This document shows positions 17,250 to 26,476 of a stretch of DNA of 64,000 nt, in pieces; positions within the stretch are counted from its first letter, which is position 1; each line of letters starts with the position of its first letter. Location of the stretch: the NCBI GenBank assembly GCA_035385585.1, contig DAOOKJ010000002.1:595-64594 (forward strand). The letters are read 5' to 3'. The DNA is from Minisyncoccota bacterium. GTDB lineage: Bacteria > Patescibacteriota > Minisyncoccia > UBA6257. The notes beneath the pieces are model-generated. The model was not told where the DNA came from. It saw only the letters and a list, made by a program, of their open reading frames with translations, and ran no database searches. The translations under genes were made by a program, and so were the position numbers.

Positions 17250-18305
17250 ATGGCTTTAGTTCCGAAAATATTTAATTATAATATTGGCATAGATCTAGGC
17301 ACTACTAAAACCTTAGTTTATGTAAGAGATAAGGGGATTTTAGTTCATGAGCCAACAGTTGTTGCTGTCAATAACAAAACTAACCAGATTATTGCCGTTG
17401 GAAAAGAGGCTTATGAAATGATTGGTAAAACCCCTCCCCATATTACTGCTTCCCGCCCCTTAACAAATGGTGTTATTTCTGATTTTGAAATCGCGGAAAA
17501 ATTTATTCGTTATCTTCTAGAAAAAATAAAGAGAAAAGGAATTTTAAATAGTATTTTCGATTGGCCAAGATTAACTATCAGCATTCCAACTGGCGGAACT
17601 GAAGTTGAAAAAAGAGCGGTTGAGGAGGCGGCAAAAAACGCCGGCGCCAAAGAAGTTTATTTAATTGAGGAGCCAATGGCAGTTGCCTTAGGCACCCGTT
17701 GGCCGGTTTTACAGTCAAATGGAATTTTAGTTGCCGATATCGGTGGAGGGACGACAGAAGTGGCAGTAATTTCCTTAGGAGGGGTGGTTGTTTCAAACAG
17801 TATCAGGATTGCGGGAAATAAATTGAATGAAGATATAATTTATTATTTTCGCGATAAATTCAAAATGGCAATTGGCGAAAAAACAGCCGAAAATATTAAA
17901 ATTATTCTTGGCTCCGCAATTGATTTAGGCACTAATTCTGATATGAAAATTAAAGGGAGAGATTTAACCCATGGTTTACCGAAAGAAATCAAAATTAGAG
18001 CAGAAGATATAAGAGAGGCAATTACTCCCTCGCTTTTAAAAATAATTGATGCCATTAAATCAACAATTGAAGCCACCCCGCCAGAATTAGTTGGCGATAT
18101 TATGACTGAAGGGGTGCTGCTTTCCGGTGGTACCAGTCTTTTAAAAGGACTGGATAAATTAATAGAAAATTCAGTAGGTTTAAAAGTAAAATTAATTGAA
18201 GATCCAATTACTTCTGTCATTAGGGGAATCGGAGTGATAATGGAAGATTTCCCAACTTATAAAAACTGTCTGACTAATATTAGCAGAGAAAAACCGCCAA
18301 TTTAA
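17250..18305 (+). CDS. Second MreB paralogue
   Basis: IGIDLGTTKT, ADIGGGTTEVAVIS; directly upstream of mreC. Confidence 0.85.
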   Translation: MALVPKIFNYNIGIDLGTTKTLVYVRDKGILVHEPTVVAVNNKTNQIIAVGKEAYEMIGKTPPHITASRPLTNGVISDFEIAEKFIRYLLEKIKRKGILNSIFDWPRLTISIPTGGTEVEKRAVEEAAKNAGAKEVYLIEEPMAVALGTRWPVLQSNGILVADIGGGTTEVAVISLGGVVVSNSIRIAGNKLNEDIIYYFRDKFKMAIGEKTAENIKIILGSAIDLGTNSDMKIKGRDLTHGLPKEIKIRAEDIREAITPSLLKIIDAIKSTIEATPPELVGDIMTEGVLLSGGTSLLKGLDKLIENSVGLKVKLIEDPITSVIRGIGVIMEDFPTYKNCLTNISREKPPI

Positions 18306-18306
18306 G

Positions 18307-19125
18307 ATGAAAAGAGAGATAAAAATCAACAAATTATTGACAAAAGTGATTATTATAATCACTTTTATTGTTATTTTTAAAGTGTATCTTGAACAAAAAT
18401 CTTTTTTAGAGAATGCAATAGTTCAGGCAGCCGTAGGCGTAAATCAAAACACTTCTCTTTTTTCCCCTTTCACTTCACTTCAATTATGGTTTTCCGATTT
18501 ATTTCATTTTAATCAAATTAGGGAAGAGTATGCTAGTTTGAAAGAAGAAAATGTAAATTTAATCCGAGAGGTCAGTTACCTTTCTTCTCTAAAAGAAGAA
18601 AATGAAATTTTAAGAGAGGCGCTCAAAATAAAAGAAGAGAAAAAGTGGCATTTGATTCCGGCAAAAGTTATCCTGACGGATCCAACAGGTTTGAGTGGTA
18701 ATTTCTGGATAAATAAAGGTTTAAATGATAATCTTAGAGAGGGGATGAATGTGATTACTAATAACGAGGTTTTAGTTGGTCGAATAACAAAATGTTACAA
18801 TCAAAGTTCTAAAGTTGAATCTATTTTTGCCCCGGGAATTAGAATCGGGGTAGAAAATTTAAGGTCAAACATTTTAGCAGTAGCAGAAAGGGATTTTCAG
18901 GGGAATTTCTATCTTAAATTAATTCCTCCAAACGCAGATATTGAAGTAAACGATATACTTGTTACTTCTAGTGAAAATTCTTTTTATGTAAAGGGGTTAC
19001 TAGTGGCAAAGGTCAAAGAAAAAACGCCTACCTCAAAAATTCCGGAAAAGGAGTATGTTTTGGAAACATTTCTAAATCATCTAAAACTCCAGGATGTTTT
19101 GATTATTACCGATTTTAGTATTTAG
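18307..19125 (+). CDS. mreC: Rod shape-determining protein MreC
   Basis: N-terminal TM, coiled coil, C-terminal beta domain; synteny mreB-mreC-mreD. Confidence 0.7.
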   Translation: MKREIKINKLLTKVIIIITFIVIFKVYLEQKSFLENAIVQAAVGVNQNTSLFSPFTSLQLWFSDLFHFNQIREEYASLKEENVNLIREVSYLSSLKEENEILREALKIKEEKKWHLIPAKVILTDPTGLSGNFWINKGLNDNLREGMNVITNNEVLVGRITKCYNQSSKVESIFAPGIRIGVENLRSNILAVAERDFQGNFYLKLIPPNADIEVNDILVTSSENSFYVKGLLVAKVKEKTPTSKIPEKEYVLETFLNHLKLQDVLIITDFSI

Positions 19126-19211
19126 AATTTGTGATGATTATTGTATTTTTTATGAATTTCTAAGTATTTCTATAAATTTCATATTATTTCATATTATTTT
19201 GATTTATTTTA

Positions 19212-19700
19212 ATGCCGTCAAAACCAATTTCTTACTTTTTTGCCATTTTGCTTTTCGCTGTTTTGCTTTTGATAGAAAGTTATCTTCACCCGTATTTTAC
19301 TTCCTTATTTTTTATCAACTGGCTGATAATTTTTATAATTTTTATCAATTTTAATTTTCCTTTTATTTTTGTTTTTCCTTTAGCCTTGATTTCTGCTTTA
19401 TTTTTTGATAGTCTTACTTTCAATTATTGGGGTGTTAATTTTGGTCTTTTTTTGTTAGTGATAATATTTCAAAAGTTGCTTTTAAAAATATTTGAAAAAA
19501 ACTCCTATCTTTCTTGGCTCATAGTTGGTGAACTATTAATTATTTTTTATTTTTTAGGTTTAACATTATCTTATCTTATATTAAAACAACCAATTTTTTA
19601 CCAAAATATTTTCCTTTCTTTAGTTTTAAACGCTTTAATTTATTGGCTCATCTTACAAATTTATAATCCGAAAATCTATAAAAAAAAGTTAACCTTATGA
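19212..19700 (+). CDS. mreD: Rod shape-determining protein MreD (polytopic membrane protein)
   Basis: 162 aa, fully hydrophobic, position after mreC. Confidence 0.55.
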   Translation: MPSKPISYFFAILLFAVLLLIESYLHPYFTSLFFINWLIIFIIFINFNFPFIFVFPLALISALFFDSLTFNYWGVNFGLFLLVIIFQKLLLKIFEKNSYLSWLIVGELLIIFYFLGLTLSYLILKQPIFYQNIFLSLVLNALIYWLILQIYNPKIYKKKLTL

Positions 19701-19708
19701 TGTATACT

Positions 19709-19840
19709 GTCTACCTCACAGCCCCAACTGGCTTTCTCTTGAGCGAAGTGAAAGAAGTGAAAGCCGTTAACCCGAGAGTTTAGGCTGTGGCTCAGCGGCC
19801 GGAGTAAACCGACAGCAGGTGCGAAAGGATATTAGGACAG
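19709..19840. repeat. Second copy (inverted orientation) of the GC-rich structured element seen at 8161..8325
   Basis: Reverse complement aligns with the 8161 element (gctgtcgg...ccgctgagcc[g/a]cagcctaa[g/a]ctctcgg...cttcgctcaag, ggggctgtgaggtagac arm). Confidence 0.7.
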
Positions 19841-19862
19841 AAAAAATCACTAAATTTCATTT

Positions 19863-21794
19863 ATGTTTCAGTCTAACTTTAAAATTAAAAGAAATAAAAA
19901 TATAATAGAACCAGAAGAAATACTACTGGAAGAAAGAAATGACAAAGAAAATTCGTATGGCAGATTAGAATGGACAATAAAACCTACTTACCTAAAAACA
20001 GTATTTTGGTTAAGTCTAGCATTCTTTCTAATAATTTTTGGGAGAGTTTTGTATTTGGAAGCAGTAAAAGGAAACTTGTATGCCCAAAGAGCGGAAAATA
20101 ATCGGCTCCGTTATTATTTCGTTAATGCCCCTCGGGGAATAATTTATGACCGTTATAATGAGCCATTAGTTGAAAACATTCCCTCTTATAGTTTAGTTAT
20201 GGTGCCTCCGGATTTGCCACAAGATGAAAATTCAAAAGATAAAATAGTTCAAGAAGTTTCTAATATCTTTAGTCTACCGCCGGAAGAAATTAATCGTCAT
20301 TTGACCAACAAAGATATCAGCCTAGAACCAGTTCTTTTAAAAACTAATTTGTCTATAGAAGAAGTAAGAAAATTTGAAACCACAGTAATAAATGCTTCAG
20401 GTTTTAAAATTGTTCAAGATAATAGCCGTTATTATCCTTATGCCGAAGCAATGGCTCACTTGGTTGGTTATGTCGGAAAAATGAGCGCGGAAGATATTAA
20501 AAAATATCCTAATTATCCCTTAACTTCAGTCGTTGGTAAAACAGGACTTGAAAGTTATTATGAAAAATATCTAGCAGGTTATTTCGGAAAGAAATTAATT
20601 GAGGTTGATGCTAGTTATAAAATTGTAAAGGATTTAGGCGCCCAAGAGCCGACCCCTGGCAGTGATTTAATTACAACAATTGATAAGGATTTACAGGTAG
20701 AATTATACAAAACACTTAAAAAATATAGTGATAATCTTGGTTTAAAGGGCGCAGCCGGTATTGCCTTAAATCCTTTAAATGGCGAAGTTCTTGCTTTGGT
20801 GAGCCTGCCGTCTTTTGACCCAAATATTTTGACAAAAGGCAGTCCTTCAAAAATAATTGAAAGTTATCTTACTAGTCAAAATTATCCTCTTTTTAATAGA
20901 GCAATTTCGGGATTGTATCATCCCGGCTCAACTATTAAACCTTTAATGGCAGTCGCGGCTTTAGAAGAACAAATTATTGACCCTGAAAAAGAAATTTACG
21001 ATGAAGGAGAAATTGTAATAGTCAGCCCCTATGACCCTAATCAAAAATATGTTTATAGAGACTGGAAGAAACATGACTGGGTTGATTTAAAAAAAGCAAT
21101 CGCCCAATCTTGTAATGTTTATTTTTGGACAGTTGGTGGCGGATATAAAGATATTAAAGGATTGGGAATAGAAAAAATAAAAAAATATTGGTTAGAATTC
21201 AATTTAGATAAAAAATTCAATATAGATTTAGGAGGCGAAACAGCCGGGGTTTTACCTGATCCCGAATGGATAAAAACTAACAGAGTTAATGATCCGACGT
21301 GGAAAATAGGAGATACTTACAATGTTTCTATTGGCGAAGGAAATCTCCTTTTGACACCTCTTCAAATTTTAAGTTATCTTTCCTCTATTGCTAATGGGGG
21401 TAAACTAATGAAGCCAATGATTGTAAAAAATATCATTTCTTCCTCAAATGAAAATGTTTTAGTTCAAGAATCTAAAGTTATAAAATCTATAAATGCTTCA
21501 GCCGAGACTCTTAAATTAGTCCAGGAAGGACTTAGGGAGGTTATATTATCCGGAACTGCTCAATCTTTAAAATATCTACCAATAGAAGTAGCAGGCAAAT
21601 CTGGTTCACCAAAATTTCTAATAGGTGGCAAAGAAGGATATCATGCAATGTTTGTTTCTTATGCTCCTTATGATAATCCAGACATTGCTTTAATTGTTCT
21701 TATTGAACAACCTCCGCCAAATACCGGTTCTGCCACCACCCTAGCAATCACAGAAGAAATTTTAAAATGGTACTACGAAAATAAAAAACTATGA
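19863..21794 (+). CDS. mrdA: Penicillin-binding protein 2 (peptidoglycan D,D-transpeptidase, elongasome)
   Basis: N-terminal TM, PBP dimerisation domain, STIKP (SxxK) and KSGS motifs. Confidence 0.8.
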   Translation: MFQSNFKIKRNKNIIEPEEILLEERNDKENSYGRLEWTIKPTYLKTVFWLSLAFFLIIFGRVLYLEAVKGNLYAQRAENNRLRYYFVNAPRGIIYDRYNEPLVENIPSYSLVMVPPDLPQDENSKDKIVQEVSNIFSLPPEEINRHLTNKDISLEPVLLKTNLSIEEVRKFETTVINASGFKIVQDNSRYYPYAEAMAHLVGYVGKMSAEDIKKYPNYPLTSVVGKTGLESYYEKYLAGYFGKKLIEVDASYKIVKDLGAQEPTPGSDLITTIDKDLQVELYKTLKKYSDNLGLKGAAGIALNPLNGEVLALVSLPSFDPNILTKGSPSKIIESYLTSQNYPLFNRAISGLYHPGSTIKPLMAVAALEEQIIDPEKEIYDEGEIVIVSPYDPNQKYVYRDWKKHDWVDLKKAIAQSCNVYFWTVGGGYKDIKGLGIEKIKKYWLEFNLDKKFNIDLGGETAGVLPDPEWIKTNRVNDPTWKIGDTYNVSIGEGNLLLTPLQILSYLSSIANGGKLMKPMIVKNIISSSNENVLVQESKVIKSINASAETLKLVQEGLREVILSGTAQSLKYLPIEVAGKSGSPKFLIGGKEGYHAMFVSYAPYDNPDIALIVLIEQPPPNTGSATTLAITEEILKWYYENKKL

Positions 21795-22258
21795 CTCAAT
21801 ATATTACCCCTGAAGCCTACCAAAAATTAAAAAAAGAATTGGAGGAGTTGAAAACTGTCAAACGTCAAGAAATCGCTCAAAGAATTAAAGAAGCCAAAGA
21901 TTTGGGAGATTTATCGGAAAATGCATCGTATCAAGAAGCAAAGGAAGCGCAATCTAAATTGGAAACGCAAATTTTGGAATTAGAATCCTACCTAAAAACT
22001 GTTACCTTAATTCATCATCCTAAAACTAATGGTAAATTAGTAGAGGTCGGTTCAACGGTCTTGGTTCAATCTTTAACTCCGCCCCGCGCCAAAAAAACCT
22101 TTATTATTACTGGTTCATTAGAAGCCAATCCTTTAGAAGGCAGAATTTCTAATGAATCGCCATTAGGCCAAGCCTTTTTGAAAAAGAAAAAAGGAGATAT
22201 AGTAGTTGTCAAAACCCCTAAAGGTGAGGTAAAATATAAGATACTGAAGATAACGTAA
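21791..22258 (+). CDS. greA: Transcription elongation factor GreA
   Basis: Coiled-coil N-terminus with DLSENASY, FKBP-like C-terminus. Confidence 0.85.
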   Translation: MTQYITPEAYQKLKKELEELKTVKRQEIAQRIKEAKDLGDLSENASYQEAKEAQSKLETQILELESYLKTVTLIHHPKTNGKLVEVGSTVLVQSLTPPRAKKTFIITGSLEANPLEGRISNESPLGQAFLKKKKGDIVVVKTPKGEVKYKILKIT

Positions 22259-22399
22259 TCTGTATTCTGTATATTGTATTCAGTATTCTGATTGAGATAA
22301 CAATTTAAAATTTAGAGGATTATGAGTTTAACTTTTAACTTATCTTTTGGATCTTTGAGTTTTAATTTTTAATTTTTTATTTATTATTTTTTATTTATT

Positions 22400-23842
22400 A
22401 TGTTAGACGATATTATCAAAGAAAGAATAAAGAAATTAGAAGAGTTAGAAAAGCAAGGAATTGACCCTTATCCAGAATTTTGTTCTCGGCAATTTTCTTT
22501 AGAGGAAGTTTTAGATAATTTTAGCCTCTGGTCAAAAAAGAAAAAGAAAATAGATGTCGCTGGTAGAATTATGGCTAAAAGGGGACATGGGGGAGTAATA
22601 TTTTCTGATATAAAAGACGAAAAGGGGAAACTTCAGTTAGTGTTTAAGGAAGATAAATTAGGCACAAACCTGATGCAGTTTTTTGAGAAATATTTTGATA
22701 CTGGAGATTTTATTGATGCAAGCGGTACTCTTTTTCTTACTAAAAGCGGTGAAAAAAGTCTTTTAGTTTCAAATTTTCAACTTTTAGCTAAAAGTCTGCG
22801 ACCTTTGCCCAAAGCCTGGTATGGATTAGAAGATATCGAAGAAAGATACCGTCGACGTTATCTTGATTTAATTTTAAATGATGAAGTAAAAGAAAGATTT
22901 ATTTTGCGGTCTAAAATTATTTGTCTTATTCGGGAGTTTTTAAACAAAGAAGGGTATTTAGAAGTAGAAACTCCTGTCTTACAACCGGTTTATGGCGGAG
23001 CCAATGCCGAGCCTTTTATTACCGAACTCAAGGCGCTTAACAGTAAACTTTATTTAAGAATTGCGCCGGAATTATATCTAAAGAGGCTAATAATTGGCAG
23101 TTTTAATAAAATTTATGAAATAGGCAAAAATTTTAGAAACGAAGGAATTGACAGAGAACATAATCCTGAATTTAGCATGCTTGAACTTTACGCTGCTTAT
23201 CAGAACTCCAATGATTTAAAAGTTTTAATTCAAAACTTACTTACTTTTATTGTTAAAAATTTAAATAAAGATTTGCCTAAACCGATAACTTTGCCAAGAA
23301 AATGGCAGGAAATTGACTACGAAAAGTTTCTTTTTAAAAAAACTGGGTTACAACTTCAAGATTCACACAATGAGTGGTTTAAAAAAGCAATAGAATTAAA
23401 AATAGAAGTTAACGCTAATGAAGAAAAGGAAAAGATTTGGGATACGTTTTTTAAGAAGTTCCGGACGGAAATCAAAGAACCAACTTTTATTATAAATCAT
23501 CCAATTGAGATATCGCCCTTGGCTAAAAAATCAAAAGATGCACCGGCTAAAGTCAGCCGTTTCCAACTTATTTTTAAAGGCTGGGAAATAGTTAATGCTT
23601 TTTCTGAATTAAATAATCCCTTGGAGCAAAAACAAAGATTTGAGGTTCAGGTAAAGAAAAGAAAAAAAGGAGATTTAGAAGCCCACCCGAAAGATGTAGA
23701 ATTTATTGAAGCGTTAGAATACGGAATGCCGCCAACCGCCGGCTTAGGCCTTGGAATAGATAGATTAGTGGCAGTTTTAACTGATGCCCCTTCTTTAAAA
23801 GAAATAATTTTCTTTCCATTTATGAAGCCGAAAGAAAAATAA
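22400..23842 (+). CDS. lysS: Lysyl-tRNA synthetase, class II
   Basis: OB-fold N-terminus, FRNEGIDREHNPEF motif 2, GLGIDRL motif 3. Confidence 0.9.
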   Translation: MLDDIIKERIKKLEELEKQGIDPYPEFCSRQFSLEEVLDNFSLWSKKKKKIDVAGRIMAKRGHGGVIFSDIKDEKGKLQLVFKEDKLGTNLMQFFEKYFDTGDFIDASGTLFLTKSGEKSLLVSNFQLLAKSLRPLPKAWYGLEDIEERYRRRYLDLILNDEVKERFILRSKIICLIREFLNKEGYLEVETPVLQPVYGGANAEPFITELKALNSKLYLRIAPELYLKRLIIGSFNKIYEIGKNFRNEGIDREHNPEFSMLELYAAYQNSNDLKVLIQNLLTFIVKNLNKDLPKPITLPRKWQEIDYEKFLFKKTGLQLQDSHNEWFKKAIELKIEVNANEEKEKIWDTFFKKFRTEIKEPTFIINHPIEISPLAKKSKDAPAKVSRFQLIFKGWEIVNAFSELNNPLEQKQRFEVQVKKRKKGDLEAHPKDVEFIEALEYGMPPTAGLGLGIDRLVAVLTDAPSLKEIIFFPFMKPKEK

Positions 23843-23845
23843 AAT

Positions 23846-25120
23846 ATGTTAGACATCAGATTTATTCTTCAACATCCAGAAGAAGTTAAAAAAGGACTTC
23901 AAAATAAAGGCGTTGATTCATCTTTGGTAGATGAAGTTTTAGATTTAGACACAAAAAGAAGAGAATTAATTAAAAAAATAGAAGAATTAAGGGCAAAAAG
24001 AAACATTGCTAATGAGAAATTACTCAAAGCATCTAATCAAGAAAAAGAAGAGATTTTAAAAGTGTTGAAAGAGGTTAAAATAGTTTTAGTGCAACAGGAA
24101 AAAGAATTGAAAAAAATAGAGGAAAGTTTTAAAAAGAAAATGAGTTTATTGCCAAATCTGCCGCTTCAAGATGTTCCAATTGGGGTTAATGAAACTGGCA
24201 ATGTGGTAATAAAAGAAGTTGGCAAAAAGCCAGTTTTTAATTTTTCTCCCAAAGATTATATTCAAATTTCCGAAAATCTGGATATTATTGATGTTAAAAG
24301 GGCGGCCAAAACTTCTGGTTCCCGTTTTGGTTTTCTTAAAAAAGAAGGGGCGCTATTAGAATTAGGTTTAATTCAGTTTGCTGTTGAATTGCTATTTAAA
24401 AAAGGATTTGAAATAATAATTCCTCCTACTTTGATAAAACCAGAATTAATGTGGGCAATGGGTTATGTTGATAGAGGGAAAGAAGAGATATATTATCTGG
24501 AAAAAGACAATCTATATTTAATTGGGACGGCGGAACAAATCATTGGCCCAATGTTTGCTGGCGAGATATTTAATGAAAATGAACTTCCAAAAAGAATTGC
24601 CGCTTTTTCTTCCTGCTACCGCCGAGAAGCAGGATCCTATGGAAAAGATACAAAAGGAATTTTAAGAGTTCATCAATTTGATAAAGTAGAAATGTTTGTT
24701 TTTTCGAAACCAGAAGATTCTATAAAAGAACACCAATTTCTTTTATCAATTGAGGAAGAGATAATGCAAAAATTGGGTATTCCTTACCGTATAATCAGTA
24801 TTTGTACTGGCGATTTAGGCGACCCAGCCGCTTCCAAATACGACATTGAAGCTTGGCTGCCGGGCCAAAATGATGGAAAAGGGGAGTATCGGGAGACCCA
24901 TTCTACTTCTAATTGCACTGATTTTCAGGCAAGAAGGCTAAATACCAAATATAAAACAAAAAATGGTTTAAAATTTGTTCATACTCTAAACGGTACTGCC
25001 ACAGCCATTGGCAGGACTATTATTGCCATTATTGAAAACTATCAAACAAAAGAAGGTTTTGTGAAAATTCCAAAAGTTTTGTGGAAGTATGCCAATGGAG
25101 TGAGGATTATCAAAAGGTGA
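23846..25120 (+). CDS. serS: Seryl-tRNA synthetase
   Basis: N-terminal coiled-coil arm, class II core with FRREAGS-type motif. Confidence 0.9.
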   Translation: MLDIRFILQHPEEVKKGLQNKGVDSSLVDEVLDLDTKRRELIKKIEELRAKRNIANEKLLKASNQEKEEILKVLKEVKIVLVQQEKELKKIEESFKKKMSLLPNLPLQDVPIGVNETGNVVIKEVGKKPVFNFSPKDYIQISENLDIIDVKRAAKTSGSRFGFLKKEGALLELGLIQFAVELLFKKGFEIIIPPTLIKPELMWAMGYVDRGKEEIYYLEKDNLYLIGTAEQIIGPMFAGEIFNENELPKRIAAFSSCYRREAGSYGKDTKGILRVHQFDKVEMFVFSKPEDSIKEHQFLLSIEEEIMQKLGIPYRIISICTGDLGDPAASKYDIEAWLPGQNDGKGEYRETHSTSNCTDFQARRLNTKYKTKNGLKFVHTLNGTATAIGRTIIAIIENYQTKEGFVKIPKVLWKYANGVRIIKR

Positions 25121-25125
25121 TAAAT

Positions 25126-25165
25126 CTCTGCTCTAATATGGCTGAAAGTGTTGGGGCATCCTAGA
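25126..25165. repeat. REP-like hairpin copy immediately 3' of serS
   Basis: ctctgctctaatatggc-tgaa-agtgttggggcatcc. Confidence 0.5.
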
Positions 25166-26026
25166 AATAGACATTCTAAAACAAAATCTGAACCTGCTAT
25201 GAAAGTGAAAAAGAGCCAAAGAATAATTCAGAAGCAAAAGCAAAAAATTAAGAAATTTTTTCTTGCTTTTGGAATTATTTTGTTGGGGTTTTTTAGTTAC
25301 TGGCTTATTTTCCTTTCTAATTTCTTTCAGATTAAACAAATTAATATTGTAGACAATCCCTCTTTTCTTTTGGAAGATGTTAACCAATATTTCAAGCAAA
25401 GAAACGCGAAATTCGTTCCTATTATTATCTATAAAATCTTTCCAGATTATCAAAAAAACTACCGAAATATGCTTTTATTTTCCAAAAGTGACCTTACTTC
25501 ATTTTTAAGAAATAAGCATCCCGATATTAACGAAATAACTCTAAATTTATCAATTGCTAATCAAACCCTTGATATACAAACAACTTTAAGAGAATCAGAA
25601 TATATTTTTTGCCAGCAAGAAGATTCTAATTGTTACTTTGTTGACAAAAATGGTGTTATTTTTGAACAAGCTCCTTCAAGCACTGGTTCTTTAATCAAGC
25701 AAATAATCAGCCAAAAACCTGTAAAATTTCAATTTGGTCAAATTCTTATTACTAAAGATTTGTGGCAAAGAATTGAAAAATTATTTCTTTTAACAGCAGG
25801 GGAGCAATCTCCTTTCAAAATAGAATCAATTTATATAGACCCAGATAACCTTTCATCTTTAAAAATCAAAACACAGGAGGGTTGGTTTCTATATTTTAAT
25901 CTCAACGAAAATCTTGAGTATCTTTTAAAAGTAATCCAAGAACTTAAAGAATCAAGAGGAAACAAAGGTTTTTCTCAAATAGAATATCTTGACTGCCGCT
26001 TTTTACCGAAAATCTATATAAAATGA
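25148..26026 (+). CDS. Membrane-anchored hypothetical protein, possibly FtsQ/DivIB-like (POTRA); a likelier start is ATG 25199 (MKVKKSQR...)
   Basis: Basic N-terminus, one TM helix, IKQINIV segment; the track start 25148 is a GTG inside a REP-like hairpin. Confidence 0.35.
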   Translation: MLGHPRNRHSKTKSEPAMKVKKSQRIIQKQKQKIKKFFLAFGIILLGFFSYWLIFLSNFFQIKQINIVDNPSFLLEDVNQYFKQRNAKFVPIIIYKIFPDYQKNYRNMLLFSKSDLTSFLRNKHPDINEITLNLSIANQTLDIQTTLRESEYIFCQQEDSNCYFVDKNGVIFEQAPSSTGSLIKQIISQKPVKFQFGQILITKDLWQRIEKLFLLTAGEQSPFKIESIYIDPDNLSSLKIKTQEGWFLYFNLNENLEYLLKVIQELKESRGNKGFSQIEYLDCRFLPKIYIK

Positions 26027-26095
26027 GAGTATTGTGGTATAATTAATATATCCATTTATAGCAATGTAACAATTTAACAAGGTAGCAATTTTTTT

Positions 26096-26476
26096 ATGCC
26101 TGAAAAAGAATTAAAAATAATAAGCAAAAGGATTGAAGAAAAAAAATCTCATATTGAAAAAGCCGGTCTTCCAGCCCAGCCGGAAGAATTATTGGTAAGA
26201 GAAACTATTAGTGAGAGGATAGAGGAATCGCTAAAAAATCTACCGCCAATCTCTTCTGATTCAGGCGGCCAACCTTTCACTTCTTCTTTTGCAAAAAGAG
26301 CGGATGATGAAAATCAAAAAAAGCTTCGTGAGTTGGTAGCGCTTGCTTTTGACGAAAGTATTCCTAAAGCAGTCAATTTAGCGCGCAAAACCGGCAATTT
26401 CCACTTGATAGATTCCCTTCATGACAAATTAGTTTTAGCCTTTATTGAGAAAATAAATAAAGAAAAAGCAATATGA
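26096..26476 (+). CDS. Hypothetical protein, operonic (4-bp overlap) with the downstream ATPase
   Basis: 126 aa, acidic, no recognisable motif. Confidence 0.4.
   Translation: MPEKELKIISKRIEEKKSHIEKAGLPAQPEELLVRETISERIEESLKNLPPISSDSGGQPFTSSFAKRADDENQKKLRELVALAFDESIPKAVNLARKTGNFHLIDSLHDKLVLAFIEKINKEKAI

Noticed and set aside
22260-22300. ctgtattctgtatattgtattcag downstream of greA as an E. coli-type LexA box (CTGT-N8-ACAG); similar ctgtatcctgtatc after folD at 10629..10660
   Set aside because: Spacing and the right half-site do not fit the consensus. An E. coli-type box is not expected in this lineage, so these are more likely simple direct repeats.
22260-22400. T-box leader upstream of lysS and serS
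   Set aside because: No specifier or antiterminator consensus (AGGGUGGNACCGCG) present; intergenic regions are too short.
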